From Felis catus (taxonomy: Eukaryota), in NCBI RefSeq assembly GCF_018350175.1, contig NC_058382.1, positions 58,158,001-58,222,000 on the forward strand: a stretch of DNA of 64,000 bases. The letters are read 5' to 3'. Below are positions 10,641-22,313 of this stretch, one piece after another. A model generated the notes under the pieces. It saw only the letters and a program-made list of their open reading frames with translations. It made no database searches and had not been told where the DNA came from. The position numbers and the translations under genes were made by a program. Every line of letters begins with the position of its first letter. The first letter of the stretch is position 1.

Positions 10641-11684
10641 GACCACGTCCCCGGGCCAACCACGCACGGCCAGAGAGATCAGTCCCCTACTCTATCGCAA
10701 ACGGACGCCATCTGTCAGGTCTGCAGTGAGGGCTGCTTGTGGCCGGCCCCCTGCCCACCATTCAGAGTCTCTCTCCAGCCCCCTAGACCCTGTGTGTGGC
10801 TGTGGCTTGGCCATTTCTGTCTCTTAGTGCCGTTGGCCGCTGGGGAGGCTCAGAGCATAACGGCGGAGCGCCAGACCCCGGAGAGCCTGTTCTCGTACCC
10901 CCTCCTTGCTGTCTGACTTGGGGCAGGTGACCTAACCTCTCTGTGCTGCAGTCTGCAGCTGGAGCAGGCGCTGTGGTTCTCCCCTCCTGGAAACAAATGC
11001 ATCAACCCAATTAGAAAGGGCACCTGCAGGCTGTCGGGTTCGTAAATGTCAACGGATGTTAACTGTTTCTTCCACCTGGAAAGGACGTGGGGTTGGGATC
11101 ATCCAGTCTACAAGGGGCCGGGCTCGGGGGGGGGGGGGGGGGCGGTCATTGTGGGTTGCAGCGAGAGGCTGGGGGAAGCCGGCACACGGCCTTGGTTGTT
11201 GAGTCCTTCCCAGAGCAGGCAGGGGCCTGGGGCACCCCCAGAGGGCCGGCAGGGGCCCTTTCCCCTCGCTGCCAGTGCTGATGGGCGCAGACCAGGCTCC
11301 TCCCCTGAGACTTTGCAGCCTCAGAGGGCCTGATGGTGGATCCTGGCAGCCGTGGGAGGTGGGGATGGTGTTTGTAAACCCTTCCGAGAGGGGCTGGTGA
11401 CAGCCTCCCCGCCATCGAGGAAGACTCAGTGGGGGATGGGATCATTTGTGCTTTTGTCTTTCAGTAAGTAAACCAGACAATCAGCTTCCAGGTTCGCAAA
11501 TACGTTTTGCTTTATTTGGGGTGGGAATCTCTGGAGACCCTCAGCCGGGAAAGGAAGAGGCAAATGAAGGAAGCGGGACTGAGCAGGTGGTTTAATCTCC
11601 AGTCCCGGGCTCAGCACAGGCTGCGGCAGCCGGGTGGGAATGCCAGGCCCTCGTCAGTTAGCCTGGGGCTCCTGCCGGGTCTGT

Positions 11685-11895
11685 CAGTTAGGAGTGCCAG
11701 TCTGGAGCCCGATGGCTGGGGTTCCGTTCCTGGATCTGCCTTCCTGGCTGTGTGTCTTTGGGCAAGGTGCTCAACCTCTCTGGGTCACAGTTTCTTCTTC
11801 GACCAAAGGAGATGATAACGGCACCCGTCCCGGTCCAGGTAGGTAGGGCCGCACGACAGATCGTCCTCACGTAGCGGCATAACAGCATGTGGTTT
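11685..11895 (+). mobile_element. MIR (near full length)
   Basis: ctggagcccgatggctggggttccgttcctggatctgcc...gctgtgtgtctttgggcaagg...aacctctctgggtcacagtttc. Confidence 0.75.
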
Positions 11896-12818
11896 GCTCG
11901 TGAGTCTGGGGTACGGCTAGCCGCTGTCTCTCTCGGGTTGCCTGTGGCCGCAGTGACATGGAAGGTGCTGGGCTTCCCCCCTGGCCTTTCTCCGCTCCCC
12001 CGCCAACTAGTAAACATTAATGCTCCTCAGAGCCGGGTCCCAGAGAAACTCTTGGCGTCTTAAGTGACCTGGGGGACAGGGCAGAGGAGAGCGTGTGGGA
12101 GGGTCTGCTCACCTGCTCCGTGTTAGGATTCTCTCTCTGCCCTTCCCTTTGTTTTTAGTGACCTTTGACCTTTAAAGTCTGCTCTTTACCCCCCCCCCCC
12201 TCCCGTCTCTGGCCTTCGAGTGCCGCTGTCTACCTTGAAAGCCTTGACCGAGGGGCCCTCATCACCTCTGTGGTCTCTGATGTGTGTACGTTTAGGGATC
12301 CTTGAGTCACAAGAATGGGAGATTGCCCTGGGGAGCACGGAAGGATCCAGAAGCAAATGCATGACCTTGGCTGGGCAGGCACTTCCCTTCTTGGGCCTCT
12401 GCCTCCCTGACCCCCTGTGGAGGGACCTGCCCGGCTTTGGGTCGTCACCTTGGACAGCTCTGCCAGGGACCGGGGAGGGCCGGCTCGCCTCCCCTCCCCC
12501 TCCCCCATCTCCCTCCCGCCAAAGGTCATTAGGAACAGAAGTTGGCAACAGTGACTGTCTTTTCCCTTCTCTCAATGTCTAAGAGTCTGGGCTCTGGGAG
12601 AAAATGGGGTGACACTAGGCTTAGTATGCTGGTGACATTTTGTAGGTGGTTTTTACTAGGGGAACAGTGTCCCCCCAAATTCATGTCTACCTGGGACCTC
12701 AGAATGGGATCTTATTCGGAAATGTGCAGTTAGTTGAGGACCCGGAGGTGGGTTCTTCTGGGTTAGGGTGGCCCTAAATCCCGTGACTGGTGTCCTTATA
12801 AGAAAATAGATAGGGGAA

Positions 12819-13005
12819 TGGCTCCTGGGGGGGCTCAGCCGGTTGGGCGTCTGACTCGATTTCGGCTCAGGTCACGATCTGGTGGTTTGTGAGTTCGAAC
12901 CTGCATCGGGCTCTGCGCTGACAGCGTGGAGGCTGCTTGGGATTCTCTCTTCCCCCTCTCTGCCCCTCCTCCCCCTTCTCTCTCAAAATAAACAAACTTT
13001 GAAAA
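12819..13005 (+). mobile_element. Can-SINE (older, diverged)
   Basis: tRNA-like head ggctcagccggttgggcgtctgactc, CT-rich tract and AAATAAA-like tail. Confidence 0.85.
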
Positions 13006-13017
13006 GAAGCAGGAGAC

Positions 13018-13237
13018 GGGGCGCCTGGGTGGCTCAGTTGGTTGAGAGACCGACTTCGGCTCAGGTCGTGATCCCATGGTCCGTGAGTTTGAGCCCCACA
13101 TCTGGCTCTGTGCTAACAGCTCAGAGCCTGGAGCCTGCTTCGGGTTCTGTGTCTCCCTCTCTCTCTGCCCCTCCCTCACTCTTGCTCTGTCTCTCTCTGT
13201 CTCAGAAATAAATAAACATTAAAAAAAAAAAAAAAAA
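13018..13237 (+). mobile_element. Can-SINE (SINEC_Fc-type) with 15-bp TSD
   Basis: ggggcgcctgggtggctcag head and poly-A tail; TSD aaaagaagcaggaga at 13002-13016 and 13234-13248. Confidence 0.95.
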
Positions 13238-15328
13238 GAAGCAGGAGAGAGTAAATCCTGTTGGTTGAAGGCACCAAGTTTATGGTCATTTGTTGTTACG
13301 GCCCCAGGACGCGAATACTTCCTCGTTACCCCCCTTTTATGTATCTTTAAGCTTTTATGTTTTTTTTAAGCTTTTATCTTTCATGTTGTGATTAGAACTT
13401 CCATCTATCCCCCAAGGACTGCAAGGACCCCCCAGTATTGTGAGGTGGCCAAAAGTGCAGACACGCCTGGCTTCGGGGACCTGGGAGGCTGGGCTGTCAC
13501 TTTCTCTCTGGTCCCCATTTCAGGTGGGAGAGATGAGCGGGTCTGGCAGAAAGGAAGACCTCTCCAGTCTGAACTGAGCCCACCGGGTCCGGCCCTGGCC
13601 CCAGGAGACACCTTAGCCGTCACTTGTCACTGTGGGAGGTTAGGGACACCAGAGGACTGGGGACGAGGTGGGGCAAGGAGCCAGCGTCTTCTGCCTGCCA
13701 GAGCCCCCCCCTGCCCGGGTCACATGCCGGACCCTGTCCTCACCATCGCCAGGGGCCTGGAGGCTTGTCACTGTTGGTCATCGCCGGCCTGAGATGCTGT
13801 CCCCTCTGCCCCCACGTCCCCTCCCTCTGGGGTGAGGTGCGTGGCCTCTGGGAGCTGGGGTCCCCTCTGTAGGAGTCCCGTCTGTATTGCTTGGTGGTTT
13901 ATCACCTGTCACTCCCTCCTGGAAGGCCGACAACGTGAGCCAGCTGGTACCCCAGCGCCCAGAATGTGCTGGAACGTGGCGGACTGACTCCTGAGGGCCC
14001 GTGAGGCCTGCGGGCTGTCTGCCCCCGATGCCCCCGCGCCCCCAGCCCTGCGCTCTGGAGAGTGAGCCCTTTGACCTTGTTACTTCTACACCTGCCAGCA
14101 GCCCGACCTCATCCGGCGCTGGGCAGACGTGGGAGCCGAGCCGGCGCGGCAGGGGCAGGGCTGGGATCGGAGTCCTTCCTGGGTGAAGTTGCCCCTCGGG
14201 GTTCGCTGCAGCACAGACCTCTGACGCCCCGCCCGCCCTGTGTGTCCGGGATCTTCTAGATGCTGTCTTTGCCCCGTTTGCCTCTGGAGATTTCTCAGGT
14301 GCCTCCTGCTGGGGCGTGAAACCCCTTACGTGGGGCGGGGAGACCCTGGAGTCCCCTGGGGCGGAAAAGCAATTCTGCGGAGTCTGGGTCTCAGGAGGGG
14401 AGCAGCGGGGATCTGGGGGGACGGAGTAGCAGTCCCCAGGGAGGTGCCGCTGGGGTGAGCGGTGGGGCCGCCCTGGGGGAACCAGCGCTCGCCCACCCGC
14501 CCCCCTCCCCCTCCCCCTCCCCCAGCCTCCAGCGTGGAGGAACCCCGGTGACCCAGTCGGTGTTTCTTTTAATCGGAGACGATGAGAACACCGTAACGGG
14601 TGGTGGCTTGGTGGCTTCTTTAGGAGGAAGCAGAGAGCCCGAACGGAACCCGGGGGAGAGAAAAAAGATAAAATAAAACCCGGTGAATTTTTAATAGCGA
14701 TTATCTCCTGACACATAGCGCGTGGCCATCTGGCAGACACACAAGCCCACTGGAGCTCGGTGCTGGGGGCGGGGGAAGGGGCGGCGGGGGAGGGGCTCCC
14801 GCTGGCAGGCCCCGGGCAACGCGCCCCCTCCTCCTCCCCCTCAGCAGGCAGGGGTGAGTCCGGGGGGCACCAGGTGCCCGCCCGCCTCTGTGGCCTTTCT
14901 TAGCCTGCCCCCTCCTCGTGTGCTAGACCCTCTCCTGGTGACCCTCCTTCCTCAGTGGACCTGCGGGCAGCCCGGGGCTCCCAGGGCCTACCGGTGGCCT
15001 GTGCCAGCCTGTCGAGCGTTCGTTCGGCCCTTGGTTACTGAGCTGCCACTCGCGGCCGGACCCCGGGATGGACCTTGAAGGCTCAGGGGTGCCAAGTCTG
15101 TTTCCTTTGTCACTCACGAAACGTTCAGGTGAGGGGTTACATCTTAAAGCCGTCGGGCACTGCTGACGTTGTGGGCCGGATGCTGCTTTGTCGTGAGGCT
15201 CTCGGTGCACCATCAGACGGACGTTCGGCAGCCCCCAGGGGCGACAGCCAGAAAGGTTTCCAGACGCTGCCCGCTGTCCCCCAGGAGGGCAAAATGGTCC
15301 CGGTTGAGAATCACTTAGCTTAAGGTCA

Positions 15329-15741
15329 GTGGGGGGGTTTCCTGGGGTTGCCGTAAAAAAATTTACCACAAACTGAGCGACTTAAGGCCACAGAGGTATA
15401 CTCTCTCCCAGCTCTGGAGGCCAGAGTGCTGAATCAAGGTGTCGCAGGGCCACCCTCCCTGTGGAGTCTCTGGGGAGGGTTCTTCCAGCTCCTGGGGGCT
15501 CCAGGCGTCCCCTGGCTTGTGACCGCGTCCCTCCAGTCCCTGCCTCCGGCCTCCCCTCTGTGTGTGTGTGTCCAAATTCCCTCACCTTCTAAGGATACCA
15601 GTCATTACATCTGGGGCCACTCTAATCCTGTATGACCTCATTTTATCTTGATTATATCCGCAAAGACTCCGTTTTTAAATAAGGTCACATCCTGAGGTTC
15701 CAGGAGGACACGCGTTTGTGGGGGGACGCTACCGAACCCAG
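15329..15741 (-). mobile_element. MLT1C-like solo LTR
   Basis: tttcctggggttgccgtaa...ttaccacaaactgagcgacttaa...ctggaggccaga...aaataaggtcacatcctgaggttcc. Confidence 0.85.
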
Positions 15742-16107
15742 GATGAGCTACAGACGGCACCTAGAAGGGTGAGCCAGCAGGCCTGGGTGTGGGCAGGTGC
15801 GTTCCGCCCAGACGGTGGCTGTGAGCTGAGGTTTAAGACCCTGGTTCACCTGGAGAGAAGGTTCCGGCAGGGCCCCTCCTGTTGCAGTTCTCCCCAGGCC
15901 CATCTGGAGAGGTTGGTATCTGCAAACCCATTTCACAGAGCTGGAACCTGAGTCAGGAAGTTGGGGGCCTCTCTAAGGCTGCCCGCCGTGTTTACAGGAT
16001 CAGGGAGACCCTGTATATGGACACAGCCTCCCCCCCCCCGCCCCGGGGTGGGCTCAGCTCAGCCAGCAGGATTTGGGTCCAGGGCTGGTCCTATCGCTTG
16101 GTGGCAC

Positions 16108-16557
16108 CTCTTGTGGGTTGAACTGTGCCTCCAGAAAAGATCCGCTCACAACCAAGCCCCTGGTACCTGTGAACGTGACCGTAGTTGGAAGCAGGACCTT
16201 TACAGACGTGATAGGCTTAAGATGAGGTCGTGCTGGGTTACAACCGGCCCCAATCCAGTGACCGGTGTCAGGCACACGGTGACAGACAGATGTTCGGATA
16301 GGATGCCTTGCAGCACAGGCCCCGTGAGACTGCAGGGCTGCGTCTACGAGCCAAGGAACGCCCTGGGTGGCCGACAATACCAGGGGCTGGCAGCTGCAGG
16401 ACGGGCCTCCCCCACCGAGAGCCTTGGGCGGGGGGGAGTGCGGACCTGCCACCTGGACCGGGGCTTCAGGCCCCCAGAACCGGGATGACATAAATTGCCA
16501 CGTATTGAGCCCCCGGCATAACGCACATTTGCTGGGTCAACCCCAAGGCACTAACAC
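16108..16557 (+). mobile_element. MLT1B/C-like solo LTR
   Basis: tgtgggttgaactgtgcctcc...acctgtgaacgtgacc...ttaagatgaggtcgtgctggg...ctaacac. Confidence 0.8.
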
Positions 16558-17221
16558 CCCATGTCCCAAGAGGAACCGAGGACTTTGGTCTCCCTTGCTC
16601 GTTTCGGCAGTGTTGCGATTCCCCGGGAGTCTGTCTTTCTGGGGCGGCCAAGCCAAGGAAGAGAAGGCAAGGTCACCCTCTCTGGACGCCGGCCTCCCAG
16701 GGGCCACGTCCATGCCGGACCGGGAGGGGCTGAGGCCCGGGACCGGATCCGGCAGCCCTGGGCGGCCTCCTAAGGGCTCAGGATCCTTTCATTGAGAGTT
16801 CTGAGAGTTTCTGAGAGTTCACCTGGTCAGGAAGCACTTGAGGTCCTCTGGGGGGGAGCAGGAGCCCCCCCACCCCGCCCCCCCGCCTCCCCACCAGGCC
16901 TCTGCAGTGACCCCATGGCGAAGGATGAGGTTTCCAAAGCGGTTGGCCGTTGTGTGAGCCCAAGTGAGGTGACTCGCCAGGAACAGAGGTGCCGGGAGCC
17001 GTGCCCATCTCTCCTGGGCTCTCTGGAACCGCCTGCCACCCCTAGCCCCCCGGCCGGGGTTCCCCCTCCTCCTGTGGCTGCAGGTGAGGGACTGGAGTAG
17101 GTCTAGGCGGTGAGTGAGAATGTAAAAGCCATACGTTCTCAAACCCCGAGTTGTCTTCAAGTGCAGGTGCTTTGGGAAGCACGTTATAGGGGTGAGCGAT
17201 GGGGACGGGTTGTGTTGGAGG

Positions 17222-17524
17222 TGACGAGTGTCCTGGGGCTGCTCTAACAGGCTTGCAACCTGGGGGCTTCAACACCATTTATTCCCTCCCCGTTCTGGAG
17301 GCCAGATCCCAGGATCCGGAAGGGCTGTGCTCCCTTTCAGGGGCTCCAGGGAAGCAGAAACCTCCCTTTTCCTTTACCACTCTGGGAGCTGGTGGGCTTG
17401 AGGCCGCATTTCTCTGCTTTGTCTGGATCACCCAGGTGGTCCCAGAGACAAGGTCCCATTCATAGGTTCCAGGGGTTAGGACGTGGACCCGTGTTTTGGG
17501 AGGGCCGCCATTCAGCCCACTGCA
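17222..17524 (-). mobile_element. MLT1C/D-like LTR (internally deleted)
   Basis: tcctggggctgctctaaca...ttctggaggccaga...aaggtcccattcataggttccaggggttaggacgtggac...attcagcccactgca. Confidence 0.75.
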
Positions 17525-17529
17525 GTGGG

Positions 17530-17900
17530 GTCACTGAACACCTCTGTGACAAGTGACTGGTGCCAGAGCTGGTCAAGCCGACAGCTGAGGGAGAGGGCTC
17601 CGGGCAGGACAGTCGGGGCAGAGCCCTGAGAGGGGAACATACTTGAAATGTTCAGGAAATAGCAAGAGTCCCAGTGGGCAGGACAGAGGAGAGGAGAGGA
17701 CGTGGCCTGCACCGGGGTCCAGGTGGGAGCCCTGGGAGGTTTCAGGCAGAGGGGGGACACGGGTCAACCTCCCTTTTCACGGGGTCCTCTGTCATCACAT
17801 GGGGGGTGGAGCCCAGGGGCCAGGGTGGAAGCAGGGGGACCAGTGAGTTGGCTACTGCACAAGTCCGGGCAAGAGGTGCTGGGGAGGGGGGTCCAGACGG
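17530..17900 (-). mobile_element. L2 fragment
   Basis: gttcaggaaatagcaagag...tgggagccctgggaggtttcaggcagagggg is typical of antisense L2. Confidence 0.55.
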
Positions 17901-19421
17901 GGGAGGAAAGGAGGGGCATCAGTTTGGGCTCTCATCTGGGGAAGGCACATCTCCGTGCACCATGAGCAGGGAGAACAGCTAAGAGGTGCGGGGAGGGGGG
18001 TGGGGTGGGGGGGTCCGGGCAGCAGGGATGCCAGAGAGACATTTCGTTTCTCTGCAGCATTTCCCACAATTACACCCGAGTGCCTTTTGCTGATGGTCTT
18101 TCCTGGCTGCGGCCAGAGCTTTACCCTCGTCGGTGACCTCTTGTCACCGTCTCCCCACCACCCTCCTCACCCCCCTTCTGTCCCGAGCTGCCCTCTGCCT
18201 GGAAGCTGAGCCTCCAGCCACCTCCCCAGGGCTGCTGTGACGTCTCCGTGCCGCTTCCAAAATGATGCTTTTGATGCCCCATCCTGCAGCCTCGATCTCT
18301 AACGTATTGGACGAGCCCCACGGCGCTGATGAATCCGGGGCTCGGGGTTCAGTGGTCTGAATCCTGCTGGAGTCTCCCCCTTGGCTCTGTTCTCCGGACG
18401 GCCCTGGTTTACCTCCTGATTCAGCCGGGGCCGACCCCACATCCTCCGGGCCACAGCTGACGTGGCCCAGAGATGATGTATTGTGACTTTTGCAATAACG
18501 TTTCCCGTGGATGAATCGACCCACTCCAGGGCCCCCTGCCTCCTATGTGCTTGGCCCCCTGTGGACAGAATGCTGACTTTTCCTTCTCCTTCCCCCCTTC
18601 TCTGCCCTCATCAGCCAGGTCCCCACCCTCAGGGCAGCCAATTTGCAAGGAAGCTTGCGTGCACACACATCTCCGTAAATCTTTAATCCATGGTGGGGGG
18701 GCGGGGACCTCCGCAAAGCTGCCTTCCCCTGGCGGGCGGGCAGATGGGTGGCCACCAGACCATGCACAGCAAGCCCGAACACTGCTTCCTCCTGGGGGTG
18801 CTGGGCTGTGTCTGGCCACATCCAGACCCCTGCAGGCCGGGCCGCCAGGGAAGCAGAAAGATGTCCGGAGGCAGGTGAGGGCAGGAGCTCGGTCAAACTG
18901 AGGCAGAGACAGACTTCCGTCTCAGAGCCCGTAATGATGCTGAGGGGTGTCCTTACTGCCCCCAGCCCTCAGAGGCAGGTGTGTTTGCGACGCGCACGGC
19001 TCTGTCTGCAACGCCGGCCAGTTCAGGACCCCACGTCCGTCAGTGGCTGTTGGAGCCCATGTCTGGTGCCTGAGCCTGTGACTTCCCGGGGCAGGAAGTT
19101 GGCTCAGGAGGAAATGGGGCTCTTGCATTTGCTGGGGAAGAGGAGGAGGAACCCGCTGGGAAACATGCTCAAGGCCTGCAAGGCTCCTGTCTGAAAACAT
19201 AACGGGCTCCCTGCGGGCCTGGGGTACCCGGGGGGGGGGGGCGGGTATTTTGGAGGAACCCACCCAGGTTGGGATGCAAACGGGTAGGGATGGCGGGCCC
19301 CCTTGCACCTTCTAATTCTCCACCTCTGCACACGCACCTGACAGTCCCAAAGAAGGCAGGCACTGTGCAGCCTGGGATAGCACCTTGCGTCTTATTTCAT
19401 TTCTTATTTCATTGCATTGCA

Positions 19422-19609
19422 TTATTTATTTTTTTAATCTAGTTTCTGAGCAAGAACAAGCACAAGCAGGGGAGGGGCAGAGGGAGAGAGAGAATCTCAA
19501 GCAGGTTCCACGTGCAGAGCCTGAGGCGGGGGTCAGCGTCACGACCGTGAGATCGTGACCTGAGCTGAAATCAAGCGTGGGATGCTTAACCAAGCCATCC
19601 AGGTGCCCC
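19422..19609 (-). mobile_element. Can-SINE (older)
   Basis: T-rich tail, ...gagatcgtgacctgagctgaaatcaagcgtgggatgcttaacc...caggtgcccc. Confidence 0.9.
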
Positions 19610-19734
19610 AGCATGTTGCTTTTCAAACCTCATGCTGTCACAGCCTAGTGGGGACCTCTTAGGTGTTCCGGGGACAGAGTGGAGCAGGGAGATTTCTGTC
19701 AGCCCAGGTGGAGGTCCTGGCAGCTACCACCCTT

Positions 19735-19995
19735 GCCTTATGTTCCTGTCTGTCTCCCGGCCTTTGCACATGCTGTTCCCACTTTCCGTAATGCTGTTCC
19801 CCGCCGACCCCGGCTTTTCCTTCAGATGGAGTATTTCCTTGGCCCGCTTGGTACAGACGTACTCATGGGACTTCCTGATTCCGAGCGTCTCCCTGCTGAG
19901 CCGGGCCACACCAGGGCAGGGGGTGGTCAGCTCTTTGGCTCCGGGGCCTGGAACACGTATGCAGGAGGTGCTCAATAATGATCCTGAGTAAATGT
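19735..19995 (+). mobile_element. L2 3' end
   Basis: ggcctttgcacatgctgttccc...caggaggtgctcaataatgatcctgagtaaatg. Confidence 0.7.
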
Positions 19996-20179
19996 TTCAT
20001 GTGTTTCCCCACTCTTTAGCCAAAACTGAAACTCCGAGAGACCTTCCCCCGCGTGCCGGCTGCCTGCGAGTGATGTCCTCCTGGCCGGGGCCGACTTGCC
20101 CCCGGTTGTTCCCCGTGTGGGCGCCACGAGCCTCTGGGCCCTCCGGAGTCCCTTGCTGGACACCGAGTAGGCTCCACGG

Positions 20180-20696
20180 GTTTGAGTTGACGTAGCAGTC
20201 GTACGGAGATGTATTTCACGTTCCATACGATTTACCCGATAGAGCGTACAAGTGTGTGGTTTTTATACAATTACAGGCTTGCGCGGCCGTTACCGCTGTG
20301 TCCTTGAGAATGCTTCTGTCACCCCGCCGAGAAACCCTGAACCCGTTCGCTGTCACTGCTTATCTCCCCGCCCCCGCCCCTCCCCCACCAGCCCCTGACA
20401 ACGATCGGTCTACACTCTGTCTCTGTGGGTTTGCCCGTTCCGGACATTGGCCATAAAACGGAATCCTCAAATGTGGGCCTTCTGTGTCTGGCCTCTTTCG
20501 CCGAACCATGTTTTCCAGGTTTGTCCTGTGGGACCGCCTTCCGTTTCGCGGCTGAGTAATACTCCAGAGCACGGACGGGCGTATGTCGCTTATCCGTTCG
20601 TCCGCTGGTGCGCATTTGGGTGCCCTCCACGATTTGGCTGTTGTGGACGTGTTTGCACAGGTTGCTGTAGGGACGTCTGTTCTCAGTTCTCTGGGC
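20180..20696 (-). mobile_element. L1MB-like 3' end fragment, GC-shifted
   Basis: gagatgtatttcacgttccatacgatttaccc...cagcccctgacaac...ctctgtctctgtgggtttgcccgttccggacatt...ggctgagtaatactcc. Confidence 0.8.
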
Positions 20697-21395
20697 CTGC
20701 AGGTGTTTCACCGGCCCCTCCCCTCCCCGTCCTGTGGACTTCCCGTTGACTGCGGGGCCACGGGGGACAGCTGGGGGTGTCCGTTGTCATGGTGGAGTGA
20801 CTGTTTCTCGCGTGTGACCGGGTGCCTGGACGCCGGCCCTGGGCATCACAGAGGCCTCAGCCTCTGTACACACGGTACATAGTGGGGAAACTGAGGCTCG
20901 GGTCCACCTGCTTGGGGCTGCAGCGTCAGGACTTATTTCCTCCTCGGGACTCTCCGGGGCCCTGTTTCCAGATCGGAGGTCCCAGAGCTGGAGGGCCGCC
21001 AGCTGCTTGAGCTGTCCGGGCGGGAAGCGGCGTGGCAGGGGAGGGGGGGTTGCCTTAGCGGCTCCTGGGTCCCGGCTCTTCCTGAGCCCGTGTTCGGAAG
21101 CTTCAGACACTTACAACACCCCCCCCCCCCCCATGAAGCCTGGACTGGCACTGTTCCCACGTGACCAACGGGGACACTGAGGCACAAGAGGCCAAGTCAC
21201 ACGCCTTGGTCGTCGGCCTTTGGTGTCAGGGCCAGAGTAGAACTCGGGCAGTTTGGCTGCAGATTCTAGCACCTGAACCCCGACATCGTGCCACGTGGGT
21301 GAGAGGCAGATGTTTGGATGGGGACACAGGGAAATTGTGGGGCCCCACTGGGCGAGGCGAGACTTTGTTGTTCAGAGGCTTCTGTGTCTGTTTCC

Positions 21396-21612
21396 TTTTT
21401 TTTTTTTAATGTTTTTATTTATTTTTGAGACAGAGGGAGACAGAGCATGAATGGGGGAGGGTCAGAGAGAGAGGGAGACACAGAATCGGAAACAGGCTCC
21501 AGGCTCTCAGCTGTCAGCACAGAGCCCGACGCGGGGCTTGAACTCACGGACCGTGAGATCATGACCTGAGCCGAAGTCGGCCGCTTAACCCACTGAGCCA
21601 CCCAGGCGCCCC
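21396..21612 (-). mobile_element. Can-SINE (SINEC_Fc-type), cluster member A
   Basis: Poly-T tail through ...ccacccaggcgcccc; flanked by tcc(T)n on both sides. Confidence 0.95.
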
Positions 21613-21642
21613 TCCTTTTTTTTTTTTTAAATGTTTATTTTT

Positions 21643-21870
21643 TTTTTCAACGTTTTTTTTTTTTTTTAATTTTTTTTTTATTTTTGGGACAGAGAGAGAC
21701 AGAGCATGAACGGGGGAGGGGCAGAGAGAGAGGGAGACACAGAATCAGGAACAGGCTCCAGGCTCTGAGCCATCAGCCCAAAGCCCGACGTGGGGCTCGA
21801 ACTCACGGACCGCGAGATCGTGACCTGGCTGAAGTCGGACGCTTAACCGACTGCGCCACCCAGGCGCCCC
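21643..21870 (-). mobile_element. Can-SINE (young SINEC_Fc-type), cluster member B
   Basis: 16-bp TSD ttaaatgtttattttt at 21627-21642 and 21871-21886. Confidence 0.95.
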
Positions 21871-22068
21871 TTAAATGTTTATTTTTGAGAGAGAGAATGC
21901 GCGCATGGGGGAAGGGGGAGGGGCGGAGGGAGACAGAGGATCCAAAGCAGGCTCCATGCTGACGACAGGGAGCCCGACTTGGGCCTCAAACCCACGACCG
22001 ACCGGTGTGGGAGATCATGACCTGAGCTGAAGTTGGACGCTTCACTGGCTGAGCCGCCCAGGCGCCCC
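21871..22068 (-). mobile_element. Can-SINE (older), cluster member C
   Basis: Diverged body ending gagccgcccaggcgcccc; its tail is interrupted by member B. Confidence 0.9.
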
Positions 22069-22084
22069 TGTGTCTCCATTTCTT

Positions 22085-22313
22085 TTTTTTTTTTTTTTAA
22101 TTTTTTTTTTCAACGTTTATTTATTTTTGGGACAGAGAGAGATAGAGCATGAACGGGGGAAGGGCAGAGAGAGAGGGAGACACAGAATCGGAAACAGGCT
22201 CCAGGCTCCGAGCCATCAGCCCAGAGCCTGACGCGGGGCTTGAACTCACGGACCGCGAGATCGTGACCTGGCTGAAGTCGGACGCTTAACCGACGGAGCC
22301 ACCCAGGCGCCCC
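22085..22313 (-). mobile_element. Can-SINE (young SINEC_Fc-type), cluster member D
   Basis: 16-bp TSD tgtgtctccatttctt at 22069-22084 and 22314-22329. Confidence 0.95.

Larger units (their letters stand above)
12653..13318 (+). mobile_element. MLT1B/C-like LTR interrupted by two Can-SINEs
   Basis: 5' part agtgtccccccaaattcatgtctacc...gactggtgtccttataag (to ~12810); 3' part taaatcctgttggttgaaggcaccaagtttatggtcatttgtt (13249-13318). Confidence 0.75.

Noticed and set aside
13018..13100. tRNA-like A/B-box sequence (also at other SINE heads)
   Set aside because: tRNA-derived head of a Can-SINE followed by CT tract and poly-A; not a tRNA gene.
21419..21962. Recurrent similar peptides (e.g. MAQWVKRPTSAQVMISRS..., GQRETEHERGRGRERGRHRI...) in several ORFs
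   Set aside because: Translations of SINE copies, not a gene family.
21396..22313. Regularly spaced direct repeats resembling an array (CRISPR or satellite)
   Set aside because: The units are ~200-230 bp Can-SINEs with individual TSDs; there are no spacers or cas genes, and the DNA is mammalian.
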